This document shows, one piece after another, positions 11,882-24,600 of a stretch of 64,000 nucleotides of DNA. The stretch covers positions 62,001 through 126,000 of the forward strand of contig NIVC01000641.1 of NCBI GenBank assembly GCA_002269645.1, in the 5' to 3' direction. The stretch comes from Macrostomum lignano. Its lineage: Eukaryota. Position numbers and translations under genes: made by a program. Each line of letters opens with the position of its first letter. Positions within the stretch are counted from its first letter, which is position 1. Under the pieces are notes generated by a model, which was not told the origin of the DNA, did not search any database, and saw nothing but the letters and a program-made list of their open reading frames with translations.

Positions 11882-13114
11882 CGAACTGGGACTCAGCTTT
11901 ATATTTATTGAAAAAATAAAACTGCGACTTAACTCGAACATTGATGATTGCGTATAGCTGCGAAATCATCAAGGACAACTAATAATTACACTTTTTAAAT
12001 AGAATTTAACACTTTGTTTTCGGTAAATCAGCGCTGAGTAGACAAGTTTTGTTGTTGTTGAATTCGAATTCGCGCCAAAACCACAGAACTGTTCTGTGGC
12101 CAAAACAGATATTGCTAAGCAACGCTAATATACCAAATGAATAATTATTCTGCCCATTCCGCTGACTTCTCAGAACACACAAGCGTGAATCACACGACAA
12201 CCCCCCTGGGCCAATTTTCCTGCACACGAGCCCCGAATGAATATGACAGCGCACGGAATCGAACCAGGGGTCGTCGTATGGCGCGAGAGTCAGTTGAGTT
12301 TACAGCGGAGCAGCTTAAATTTAAAATACATTTAGCTGAGAAATCTCATCTTAGAAAGTCGATTAATTGTTAGGCGTTTGATGGTATTTGAATGATGTTT
12401 AAAAGCTCGTAAACAGTTACGCTCTTTTGGCGCGAATTTGAAATTCGATGCGTACCGTGTGTAGTTTTTGCGCTTTTATTGACATTTTTGCCTACTTGAG
12501 AGTTCTGCTGTGCAATGAGAAGCTTAAAAGTAAAGATTGGTAATCTTTGGTAATTTTTTATCTCTTTCGAGTAATTGCAGCTTTTTGGCACAAGCATTAA
12601 TACTGCACATGCATCGAAATCAGAGACTAAGAAATTTAAGAATGGCTTGCCCGCAGAATTCTTCAAGACGCTTCATTCTTCAGTCGAAATTGTTACACTG
12701 TATTCTAACCATTGCAGAATTTCAACTGCGGGATGAATTTGCAAATGATCCTCAGTTCCGATACAATTTTTTTATTCATGAAATCTTAAAGCAATGAGAT
12801 TTGGAATTCTGCCCGCACAGAAGTCTGAATTTCCATATTTAGTTAGCCTGAATACGTGCTTCAGTTATCAGCTCCCCGTATGACGTAGATCTGAGCAGTC
12901 AGAAGGAGAACTGCATCTGTTGCTACTTTTTAAGCTGTAAAAATACACCACCGGATTAACAACGAAACACCAAGTGCATTTAGCAGCTGATACGAGTGTA
13001 ACCTGGGCATGCTTTGGCTAAGCTGATCTCGTATCGCTGAATTGATCATGAGTAACTGAGTCAGGCATTGGTCAGGAGGTTGTCGGTCAGAGGATCGATC
13101 TGTCAGGGGATTTG

Positions 13115-14185
13115 CTTGGTCAGGAGTCAGGGATTGATCGGTCAGGAGTCAGGGATTGATCGGTCAGGAGTCAGGGATTGATCCGTCAGGAGTCAGGGAT
13201 TGATCCGTCAGGAGTCAGGGATTGATCGGTCGGGAGTCAGAGATGGATCGGTCAGGAGTCAGAGATGGATCGGTCAGGAGTCAGGGATTGATCGGTCAGG
13301 AGTCAGGGATTGATCGGTCAGGAGTCAGAGATTGATCGGTCAGGAGTCAGGGATTGATCGGTCAGGAGTCAGGGATGGATCGGTCAGGAGTCAGGGATTG
13401 ATCGGTCAGGAGTCAGGGATTGATCGGTCAGGAGTCAGGGATTGATCCGTCAGGAGTCAGGGATGGATCGGTCAGGAGTCAGGGATGGATCGGTCAGGAG
13501 TCAGGGATGGATCGGTCAGGAGTCAGGGATGGATCGGTCAGGAGTCAGAGATTGATCGGTCAGGAGTCAGGGATTGATCGGTCAGGAGTCAGGGATTGAT
13601 CGGTCAGGAGTCAGGGATTGATCCGTCAGGAGTCAGGGATGGATCGGTCAGGAGTCAGGGATGGATCGGTCAGGAGTCAGGGATGGATCGGTCAGGAGTC
13701 AGAGATTGATCGGTCAGGAGTCAGGGATGGATCGGTCAGGAGTCAGAGATGGATCGGTCAGGAGTCAGGGATTCGATTGATCGGTCAGGAGTCAGGGATT
13801 GATCGGTCAGGAGTCAGGGATTGATCGGTCAGGAGTCAGAGATTGATCGGTCAGGAGTCAGGGATTGATCGGTCAGGAGTCAGGGATTGATCGGTCAGGA
13901 GTCAGGGATGGATCGGTCAGGAGTCAGGGATTGATCGGTCAGGAGTCAGGGATTGATCCGTCAGGAGTCAGGGATGGATCGGTCAGGAGTCAGGGATGGA
14001 TCGGTCAGGAGTCAGGGATGGATCGGTCAGGAGTCAGGGATGGATCGGTCAGGAGTCAGAGATTGATCGGTCAGGAGTCAGGGATGGATCGGTCAGGAGT
14101 CAGGGATGGATCGGTCAGGAGTTAGGGATTGATCGGTCAGGAGTCAGGGATGGATCGGTCGGGAGTCTGGGATGGATCGGTCAGC
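13115..14185. repeat. 22-bp minisatellite (GTCAGGAGTCAGGGATTGATCG)n, about 48 copies
   Basis: Direct reading. The unit contains a GTCAGG sub-duplication. Confidence 0.96.
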
Positions 14186-14434
14186 GCATGAGCCATCTCA
14201 AGATTTGCTATTATCAAATTCACAAACGCAGAGAAGCGGCCTCAGATTTGCTTAGATTCGAACGAGTTTCTGCACGAGAACCAGCTCGTATTGAGAAATG
14301 TAAATTTAAACACTATTTAAACAGAACTGGCTTTTATAAACACCTGATGACATAGAGTATTCTATCCCTGTTTCGCAAGCTGAGGACAAATGCTGCATCA
14401 CTATAATATATATTATAGTCCATTCTGGAAAGTA

Positions 14435-14740
14435 GCGTGGAGAAGTAGACTCGGGAAGGAGAGCTGAGAAGTAGACTGGCGAAGGAGACCGGAGTAGACT
14501 CGGGAAGGAGAGTGGAGAAGTAGACTAGGGAAGGAGAGTGGAGAAGTAGACTGGGGAAGGAGAGTGGAGAAGTAGAATCGGGAAGGAGAGTGGAGAAGTA
14601 GACTGGGGAAGGAGAGTGGAGAAGTAGACTTGGAAAGGAGAGTGGAGAAGTAGACTGGGGAAGGAGAGTGGAGAAGTAGACTTGGAAAGGAGAGTTGAGA
14701 AGTAGACTCGGGAAGGAGAGTGAAGTAGACTCGGGAAGTA
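14435..14740. repeat. 26-bp purine-rich minisatellite immediately 3' of the EFCAB11 stop
   Basis: About 11 copies of TAGACTGGGGAAGGAGAGTGGAGAAG. Confidence 0.92.
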
Positions 14741-14743
14741 GTC

Positions 14744-15217
14744 TCATTGCTGATCCGGGTCAAACTTCATGGCGAACTCGAAGTCCCGATAGGTGACTCG
14801 GCCGTCAGCGTCGGCGTCCACCTCGGCGAAGGCGCGGTCAACGGCGAAGCCGCCGGCAGCCAATCGCGGCGCAAGGAGACCGACAGCGCGGCGCAGGTCC
14901 TCGGCCCGGAGGAAATTCCGGCCGCCGGAGTCCAGCGCGGCAAAGGCGTGCCGGAGCTGACCATCAGCGTCCAGACGCGACATCCGAGCTGAAGCCAGTC
15001 GCCGGAAGGTGTCGAGAGTCACGAACTCATCAGTGGGGCCAGCAACTGCGGGCTGCGACTGCATGATGAGGTCGAGCTCCCGGCGGCAGGGCTTGTAGCC
15101 AAAGAGCTCGATCCAGGCGACCTTCACGTCACCACGGCAAAGCCGGCCATCCGAGTCGGCATCAGCATTCGCAAAGGCGTCATCAATGCGGAGCTGCCGG
15201 GTGGCCTCGCTTACCAT
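14744..15217 (-). CDS. EFCAB11: EF-hand calcium-binding domain-containing protein 11 (intronless CDS, about 157-160 aa)
   Basis: EF-hand loops DADSDGRLCRGD, DSGGRNFLRAED and DADADGRVTYRDFE, plus the family-typical LFGYKP motif. The start may be ATG 15226 or 15217. Confidence 0.85.
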   Translation of the reverse strand: MVSEATRQLRIDDAFANADADSDGRLCRGDVKVAWIELFGYKPCRRELDLIMQSQPAVAGPTDEFVTLDTFRRLASARMSRLDADGQLRHAFAALDSGGRNFLRAEDLRRAVGLLAPRLAAGGFAVDRAFAEVDADADGRVTYRDFEFAMKFDPDQQ

Positions 15218-18200
15218 GGAGTGCATCAGTGCGCTGCGGGTGGCAGAGATTATTAGCTTTATGATAGGGCTAGGGTAGGGTTAGATAGGGTCTTGGGTAG
15301 AGTTATACATAATTGAGAGAACAATCTGATTAAAGCTGTAACTGTATAGAACTATGCTTTATTTTAAACTATAGCTAAATCAAACATTTTGATTCGCAAA
15401 AAAGTTTGATAAATTGAATACAAATTCAACTGAATATTTAAATAATATTGACAATTAAATTGCATCTTTTTTATTAATATGTTTTACTCACTGATATAAT
15501 TAACTGTTCTGTACTAAAAATACAGTGAAAAAACTATGTTAAATGAACAAAACATGTCACATTTAAATTTAAATAAGATATTTAAATAAAAACCTGTAAG
15601 TAAGCTTATATAGAAATTATAGAAATATAGAAACTAATTGATGGTAAAATTGATTAGAATATCTATTTAAATAACCATATTAGCTTAAAATCTAATGCAA
15701 AAGCAAGAGTTTTTGGTTAACAATTAAATGATGTAGTAAAGTAGGCACTAATATGGTGCAATAACAACAAATTGAAGAGGGCTAAGCATATTGTTGTATA
15801 TAATATAATATTTTATTGTTTTCTGTTAAATAGGCCAACATAAAATTAAGCTGTCTTCGTCCGTCAGACAGTAATCATACAGATTTACAGTCATCTGTAT
15901 GGCGATAGGCCTAGCATTTATTAATAGTTTAACAATTTTTAAGTTTAGTAGATTGTAACAGAAAGTAATAATGTTTTCGAAAAAGAAAGCATTTCATTGT
16001 AACTTTAAAGATGCTTGTAACAGCTCCAATTGTCATATTGGGTAAAAGTTTGAGCAGCAAAACAATTCTACTTTAAAGAGCATAGCTAAGCCTAAAACAC
16101 TTATTATGCAGATATGCAGTTCTTTTAAAAAGACCATGTTAGAAACGGAGGTGAAGCTTTGATGAAAATACATGTTATAACAAATGCACACAGGTGAAAA
16201 TTAGGAAAAAGTGTATTTTCTGACGTTCGGGGACTCTATTTTGTCTAAATATTTTTTCTGAGCTAACAACCAAGCAGAGAGAGATAAAAACTTTAATTTT
16301 GAACTAATCTGTGTGTATAAATTAGCACTTCGATTGTTGCCTTTAAGCGCAGTCCCAAGTCACAAGTGGGTCTAAAATTTGGTGCACCAGAGAACGTAAA
16401 CAGTTCGAGCACAGGCTTCATAGAGGCTAATTAGACTAACATCATGCGCTTAGCGGGAAAGCAAAACAAAAAACTAAAATGTACAAAATGGAAAAGTCTT
16501 AAAACGCTAACGAGACATATATATGTGCTGTATGTATTGTACAATCAACCGAAATCAAGAGAACTCGGGTAGTTATAACTGGATTAATTTTTGCTATTGG
16601 CGCGTGATTTTTTTAGCGTAAAAAGGGATGAGCTTAGCAAAATGCGATAAAGGCGGAAAACTACATGAATAGTAATTCAGATCCGTTTAAAAAACAGGAC
16701 AGACTGGCTCGTATTTGCCTTGTCAATACAGTTCTTTATGTACCCAACGTAAAGAATTGTGCCCATGATTTTTTGAAGAAAGTCACACAGAGCATTTGCT
16801 ACCGTGAGTTCTTTAAAGCCCAAAAACCTACACGGAAGCTATACTAATATATTGTTTTGATTGCAATATCAAAATCCGTATCCGACAACATTTACATTTA
16901 ACCGTTTTTCTGTATGGATTGTCTCATTGAAGATGCATTCGTTCAACTTGGATGCACATTAGCTGCTTGAAAGTCATTTGTTAATACTTCTTCGAATTTG
17001 GATAGCTTACAAAAAACAAGTATAAGAATTTGGAATCTAGTAGGTGTGTGGCGTATTATGCAAAGAAAATGTTATAAGCAGAAGTTCCCCAAAGAATAGA
17101 TTTTCTAGGGGCAAGCATGTAGCATTGTGAACTGCGCTGTTACAGTGTGCTGTCAACACTACTGTCTAACTTAATTATCACCAGCGGCTTTGACTTTAAG
17201 CTGTTTGTTCGCGCCACGGAAACGACAGTTTTGAGAGCCCTGAATGCGGGCAAAACAAGCAGCCTGCCATAGCACTGTGTGACATAGCTATACGACAAAT
17301 GCAAATAACAAGTCTTTGAAAGACTTCTGCTTGTTGCAAACGACTTATTTCTGAAATTGAATTACTCTCGTGTGGACTATCGGAACTAACTTAAAATCCG
17401 GATGCTTTAGTTCTGTGCAGAGGCGTTCATTCAGAGTGAGAAATGCGAATTCCAAGTCAGTTCGCTGAATGGAAAAGAGATATACATTTGCATGTTAAGC
17501 ATAGGGAAGACTTGCTGCAGGCTTGCATGTCGCAACTCACTGCTGCCACAGCATACCCTCCTATAGATTTATTGAAGTTCGTTTTTTACTATGCAAGAGA
17601 CTTAACTCGAATTAGCTAGCGAAAAAATTTGTGAACTTCAAAAAGAGTTGAAATTATTGAAGTGCTGTCTAATACAAAACAGTTTTATAAAATTGCTGAA
17701 CATTTTGTTAATCCTTTAAGCTTTTATGCAGACAACGGAGGACAGCAACTTTAATGTTGGCACTATATTGGTAATAGCTCAGCTTCCAAACAAATAATTG
17801 GTCTATTGACATGCTGAAAAGTATTATTGGAGAGCAGCAAACAGTCCCAGAATGCAGCTGTGACCTATAAATGCAGCTCGAAGCGGAGAAATATCTAGTT
17901 AATATAGAATGCCAAGGCAGCCCTCGCAACTGAAGCCGCTCAGCGGGCACCTACTTTTGTCCCATAGACATCAGCAGCTGCCATAGTCTATGGGCCAAAA
18001 GGACATTTGATACATTTGTACGCCTGGTACATCTGCTTGCATTTTAAAGCTGAATCAGGGAAGCCTCTATCGTCACTGCGCTTTGACCATAGAGGCTTCC
18101 TTGGCTGAATTCAAAGCAAATACCGACTCAGTAGGCTTCTTAAATGTTCCTAATTTTGTCTTAAAATAAAGTCAACACAAACTGCAGGGAATTCTTGATG

Positions 18201-18679
18201 CAGCAAGTTTTGAACATAAATTATGAAAACCAGTGCTGCTGAATATAAATCGTTAAAATCGTTTTTATCGATTCTCAGGGTTGCTGTAAACGTTGCAAAA
18301 TTTAGAAGCATCCTAAAGGCCGTAAAATAGGACAATTGTGGAGAATAATTTTAAGCAGCATCTAACAGGCGAAAATTATCATCGCTGCGAAAGGCCAAAC
18401 GACCAATATAGATCTGCATCGTTCGAATTTATAAAAAAATTCACTTGCTACATACAGACAGACAGACAGACAGACAAACATCGCAGCAGTTTTAGTATTA
18501 GGACTTAGGTATTGTATTAATAGCAAACAAATCAGTACCAATGCAAAATGCTAAATTTCTGTCAAAAGAAAAGTCACGCCTGCTATCTCTTACGTACGAG
18601 CTGAGTAGTCTTTCAAAAAGCAGAGACAAATTATCAGAGTGATTCGGAAATGTCAGTTGATAAGCAAGCCTGTGTCTTC

Positions 18680-21600
18680 TCAATTCACAAAGCAGGCCGT
18701 CAGGGCCATCGCAGCGGCGGCCCACAGAAGCTGTCGCAGCGGCCCGGCGGCCAGCCAGCTCGAGTCCGACTTTGACCTCCCGATGAGTTGACAGCGCTCA
18801 GCCTGCGGAGACTCCGAGCAGAGAGTGTGCACGAGAAACCTGCGGAGTGGGCGAGATGTCTGTCTGATGCGGGGAACAGACCGAAACAGAACAGAGTTAA
18901 ATGAAAAAGACAGAATACTTATACTCTGCACTAGCACAATAACGCTCACAGCGGATTGTCCTGACAGTTGACCCGTACGCCCTTCAACAGCAGCCGCTGC
19001 CGCAGTCGCAGCACTGACGGATCCATCCGACATGCGCTGTAAGCAGACGCCAGACGCGGATCGTTGAGCGAGCGCAGCGGGTAGACATCGACCTGGCTGA
19101 TCCGCGGCGGGCTGAGCTGGGGCAGCTCGAACTGGCCGAAGATCCTCAATGGATTTTCAGGGCGAAAAAAATTATAGGCATTGTAATTTTTTGATTGTCA
19201 GTCTCACCCACCCGTCTAATTATAAACCCCAGCCTCCCCACCTGTCTAATTATAAACCCCAGCCTCCCCACCTGTCTAATTATAAACCCCAGCCTCCCCA
19301 CCTGTCTAATTATAAACCCCAGCCTCCCCACCTGTCTATTTATAAACCCCAGCCTCCCCACCTGTCTAATTATAAACCCCAGCCTCCCCACCTGTCTAAT
19401 TATAAACCCCAGCCTCCCCACCTGTCTAATTATAAACTCCAGCCTCCCCACCTGTCTAATTATAAACCCCAGTCTCCCCCACCTGTCTAATTATAAACCC
19501 CAGTCTCCCCCACCTGTTCAATTATAAACCGCAGTCTCCCCCACCTGTCTAATTATAAACCCCAATCTTCCCACCCACCTGTCCAATTATAAACCCCAGT
19601 CTCCTCCATCTGTGCAATTATAAACCTCAAGTCTCTGACATGCCTAATGGTGAGACGAAGACTAATTTGACAAGAACTTCGGTGGAGGTGGATAACTCAC
19701 GAGGTCTCTCGGAAGGGATTCGCCACAGATGCGTTCAGTAAGACGGACACTTTTCCTGTAGATTTGCCTGCAAACTTATTGATTGTCAAGGCAGAAGATT
19801 TTTGTTTATTCAGTATTGTTCAAATGTCATAAGAATTAACTGTGCTCTCCAAACCAGGATACTGTGAGCATAAAGTGAAGATAAATCGATTATTCATTCT
19901 CTTCTTAGCGCACTCAAATAAAGATGGGCATTTTCAAATATTTCAAGTGCGATAAGAAATTCTTCACGTTCTGGATAAGTGAGGTGTTTGACATTAGCAC
20001 TTATTGCCATGATAATCCTTTGCAAAAGATAACATCTCGAATTTAATAAGATTTTCTGGAATTCTCAGAGCCCCAGCTCGTCAAACCTCACCGACCCGCG
20101 TCTCTCTGTTTGCCTTGTCTGCAGAATCGAAATTAGAATCAACGGCGATGCTAACTATCACGCCTAAAATTACAAATGCAGTGAAAAATAATTGCAGCTT
20201 AGGGCGGCGAGTCCAGGGATTTGCTCCAGTCCCGGTGCTGCAGTTTTTTTAGCTGCTCAAAATTGCTGAAGAAGCACCTGGCAGATGACTGAAGACGATT
20301 TGCCGAAAGGATCTCCGTGTTATAAGTTACAGACACTGCCACACCAATCGGTACTCAGCAATGCACTCAGCAGAGACACTGCCACATCATTCGCTACTCA
20401 ATCATGCACCCAGCAGAGACACTGCCACACCAATCGGTACTCAGCAATGCACTCAGCAGAGACACTGCCACACCAATCGGTACTCAGCAATGCACCCAGC
20501 AGAGACACTGCCACATCATTCGCTACTCAGCAATGCACTCAGCAGAGACACTGCCACACCAATCGGTACTCAGCAATGCACCCAGCAGAGACACTGCCAC
20601 ACCAATCGGTACTCAGCAATGCACTCAGCAGACACTGCCACACCAATCGGTACTCAGTCGTGCACTCAGCAGACACTGCCACACCAATCGGTACTCAGTC
20701 GTGCACTCAGCAGACACTGCCACACCAATCGGTACTCAGCAATGCACCCAGCAGAGACACTGCGACACCAATCGGTACTCAGCAATGCACCCAGCAGAGA
20801 CACTGCCACACCAATCGGTACTCAGCAATGCACCCAGCAGAGACACTGCCACACCAATCGGTACTCAGCAATGCACTCAGCAGAGACACTGCCACACCAA
20901 TCGGTACTCAATCATGCACCCAGCAGAGACACTGCCACACCAATCGGTACTCAGCAATGCACTCAGCAGAGACGCTGCCACACCAATCGGTACTCAGCAA
21001 TGCACTCAGCAGAGACACTGCCACACCAATCGGTACTCAGCAATGCACCCAGCAGAGACACTGCCACACCAATCGGTACTCAGCAATGCACCCAGCAGAG
21101 ACACTGCCACACCAATCGGTACTCAGCAATGCACTCAGCAGAGACACTGCCACACCAATCGGTACTCAATCATGCACCCAGCAGAGACACTGCCACACCA
21201 ATCGGTACTCAGCAATGCACTCAGCAGAGACGCTGCCACACCAATCGGTACTCAGCAATGCACTCAGCAGAGACACTGCCACACCAATCGGTACTCAGCA
21301 ATGCACTCAGCAGAGACACTGCCACACCAATCGGTACTCAGCAATGCACTCAGCAGAGACACTGCCACACCAATCGGTACTCAGCAATGCACTCAGCAGA
21401 GACACTGCCACACCAATCGGTACTCAGTCGTGCACTTAGCAGAGACGCTGTCTGCACTAAAATTATGCATAGCAACAAACTCTGTTGCTCACCCAACTGG
21501 AAGCGGCAATCCAGAAAGGCAAGGTAAAGTTGGTGCAGCTCTCCCGACGCGTCACCTGACTGTTGGTTGATCGCCTTCTTCTCAGAGAAATTTTACTACC

Positions 21601-24600
21601 TCTGGTGTTGACGTCGCAGCGGTAGTTGCACCAGTCCATGGAGTTCATGATGAACCCTGCGGGTCGCATCGTTCAATGAAACATCAATTATTTTTACTTT
21701 AAGCGCGTTGCGATATTCACTGATTTCAGCCCTCAATCCCGAACGCCATTTCAGGAAAGCGCCGTTTCTTTTAAGGGTGGAAGGGGCTCGAACCCCAACG
21801 GCCTTGGGTTGTTTTCCTGGTAAAACAAGCTGAAGGCTTGTGTCACAAAAATAACGGCTAGGTGAGCAGCTCAACTCACCGATCAGAGTCTCCTCCAATG
21901 GGAAATACTCGGGCATATCGCGCACCCTGATAACCAGGCTGTAGGCGGTGCCTGACCAGAACACAAACTGCAAATTGTGTGTTGAGAAGCATTGCGGAGC
22001 GGTGTCTGAATAAATTTCATTGTTACATTGTGCGACATGTGCGTTGCTCTCTCAGGCTCATCAGGTTAAACCTGATAAAGATCAGTTTCCGTTTTACTGC
22101 CAGCAGATCTACCTTGCAGCAACTGACTAACAATTAGTTACTATGGGGATCAGAGGTGCGAACCCATGAAAGCCAGCTCGCAGTAGTGAACCCTCTCGAT
22201 CCAGCTAGTAGAGTCACCTTTGAAGGAATTGCTCTAACACCACTCATCACTCGCCAGTACAGCACATGCAGCACGTACTTCCTGGATCTAGCTCGTACTT
22301 CTAAAAACATTCAGAAAATAAATTACTTATCATATCTGCTATTGCACTTCTGTTATAAACTGGCATCACCTATAATATTAATAATAATTGATTACACCTG
22401 CGTTAATTGGCTGATGTGCAACCGACAGCTCAGCCGCAGCTATTGCGTACGGCTGCAAGGATTGAGGGGTCGCCACGCACACCCTCAATTAACCCAGCTA
22501 ATGGTAGTACCCATTTTACAGCTGGGTGAACTGAATCAATGCAGAGTTAAGTGTCTTGCTCAAGGACACAAATTGTTCCAGTGGGATCGGGAAAGAACCC
22601 CCGACCTTTCAGTCGTGAGTCCTTCGCTTTAACCACTAGGCTACAACCCCCTATGCTGGCCATGCGATTTCGAAGTTGACATGGTGCACGAAAACAGTCA
22701 TATTAGTCACACCTTGTCAACTGGAATTTCGTGATTGGCCATTTGCAGCAGCCCCGCAAAATCATCAGGCTCCGGCCGACAGTGGTCCGGTTGCAGGGCG
22801 ACGAAGCGAAACTCTTCCCACAGCCGGGAGCAGTTCTTTCGGCTGGATCTGCAAAGTGCGGGTTTCCAATAGCTAAATATTTGCTAGAATAGCAAGGCTA
22901 CATTGTGCACTTAAAGATTAATATACCTGCTATTTTCCTGTCTCAAGAGAGATTGAAGACTTGGGAATCCTTATTGACTCAAGCAGAGCCCGTGCATAGC
23001 TCTCTAGTCGAACGTAAAATTATCTTTTACAAGCAAACGCCTTCGGGCTTCATAGATAACCAGTCAGGCTCAAGGCCGCGGACTTAGAGGCCATGAAAAA
23101 CATACATGAAATACATACATACATCGTTCCATCGAGTGGCCTTTTGCCTGGCGGTCCAATACCTAGCTGTGCCATTGTTCAAAATGTCTATGGTAATTTA
23201 AGTTTAGGCAATGGCATTCAAGCAATGACCGGTCATTGTTTAAAATTGACAGTATAGCAATTTACCGGAATATCATTTTAGAAAACAAACAAGTCTAAGA
23301 GCGTAAAATGAAATAGTCTATGGTTGTAAGTGGGGGCTTCGCCCCACACCTTCATTTCCCCTCCCCATTCCTATCCTGGATGGACAAATTGACAAATGAA
23401 GTTAGCTGAAAGTGATAAAACACAATTCTGACTTCCAGACAACCCCCATTATCAACCCCGCAAATTGAGTGATAGAGAAAGCGCGAATTAGTTGATACAA
23501 CGAGCTGTCTATGGCCCGAACTCTAAGTGCATACCCGGAAATTCCTTGCTACGACCGAAGGGAGTTGATAGTGAGGTCCGAGGAACAATTTTGATGACGA
23601 ATTTCGATAAAGTTTCGTCCCTTGATTTGTGCCAGGTGTCAAAATGCGTAGAAAAGATGGAATTTTACAATGAAATAACAAAAACGGAAATTCGATACCT
23701 CTTTTGTATTCGAAGAATGCCAGAAATTTTTAAAACGGCCCTTTTCGGAGAAAATGTAACCCGCAAAAATAAGCAACTGCTTTAAAAAATTTGCGCATGG
23801 CCAATAAGTAGAGTCCCGGAAGGAACGAAAATCGGCTCCACTTTAGACTCCTCTATTGGCATTCTATGCATACTCGATATTCTCTGCTTACAACACTTAT
23901 TAAATCAGTAACGAATCCGATTATTGCACTTCTAAGTAACTGTCACCCATAGACAAGACTTGAATTTTCCCCCATAGTATCTGCTGAGTCGTGCGACTAA
24001 TTTCCCCCACTGATATGTAGAACACTCGGCAATATTGGCGCCGGACTACTCAACCAGCATTTTTACGATCATTCCCTCAAAAATTCGGTAAATGAGTTTA
24101 GGCGAAATGCGACGAACGTGTTCCCAACTCTTGTCTGGAGCTGATGGGGTCTGATATTTGCATTATTAAATTGCATTTTCCTTTGTTTCGGGAGGCGGAC
24201 ACAGAAGCGATTCTTAATAAAATAGTGCAAATCCACCATCGAATTGCTTTGTTTAAGTCAACAAAGTTGAGCATGAGATTCAGCCAAAAATAGTTAACTA
24301 TTAACTTCATTTAGGATGTTTATAGTAAGTTTTTATCTCCCAATAATTCGTGTTTAACCATTTTTTGGGCTCCAGTCAGCAACTCAATTCACTCAGCTCC
24401 AGAAATTTGCTAATGGCACCAATCAAACTGGACAATGAAGTTAATGGAGTAAATGAAACTTTTCCTGACAGTGCAAACAACAGAATATTGCTGTTTAATT
24501 ACCGTTTATTAACACACGCTATAAAATCCTTTCGCTCAGATGGTTCCCTCATCATGTGTCGCAATCAGTCAGACTTAGTCCGTCATGATTCCTCCCAGTT

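Noticed and set aside
20285-21570. Three ORFs of about 385 aa
   Set aside because: Translations of the 43-bp array lying antisense within a cyclase intron.
22940-24100. Alternative first-exon candidates for the cyclase near 22.97 kb and 24.0 kb
   Set aside because: They lack the conserved GRC motif and a signal peptide. Exon 27944-27778 supplies both with a gtgagt donor in the right phase.
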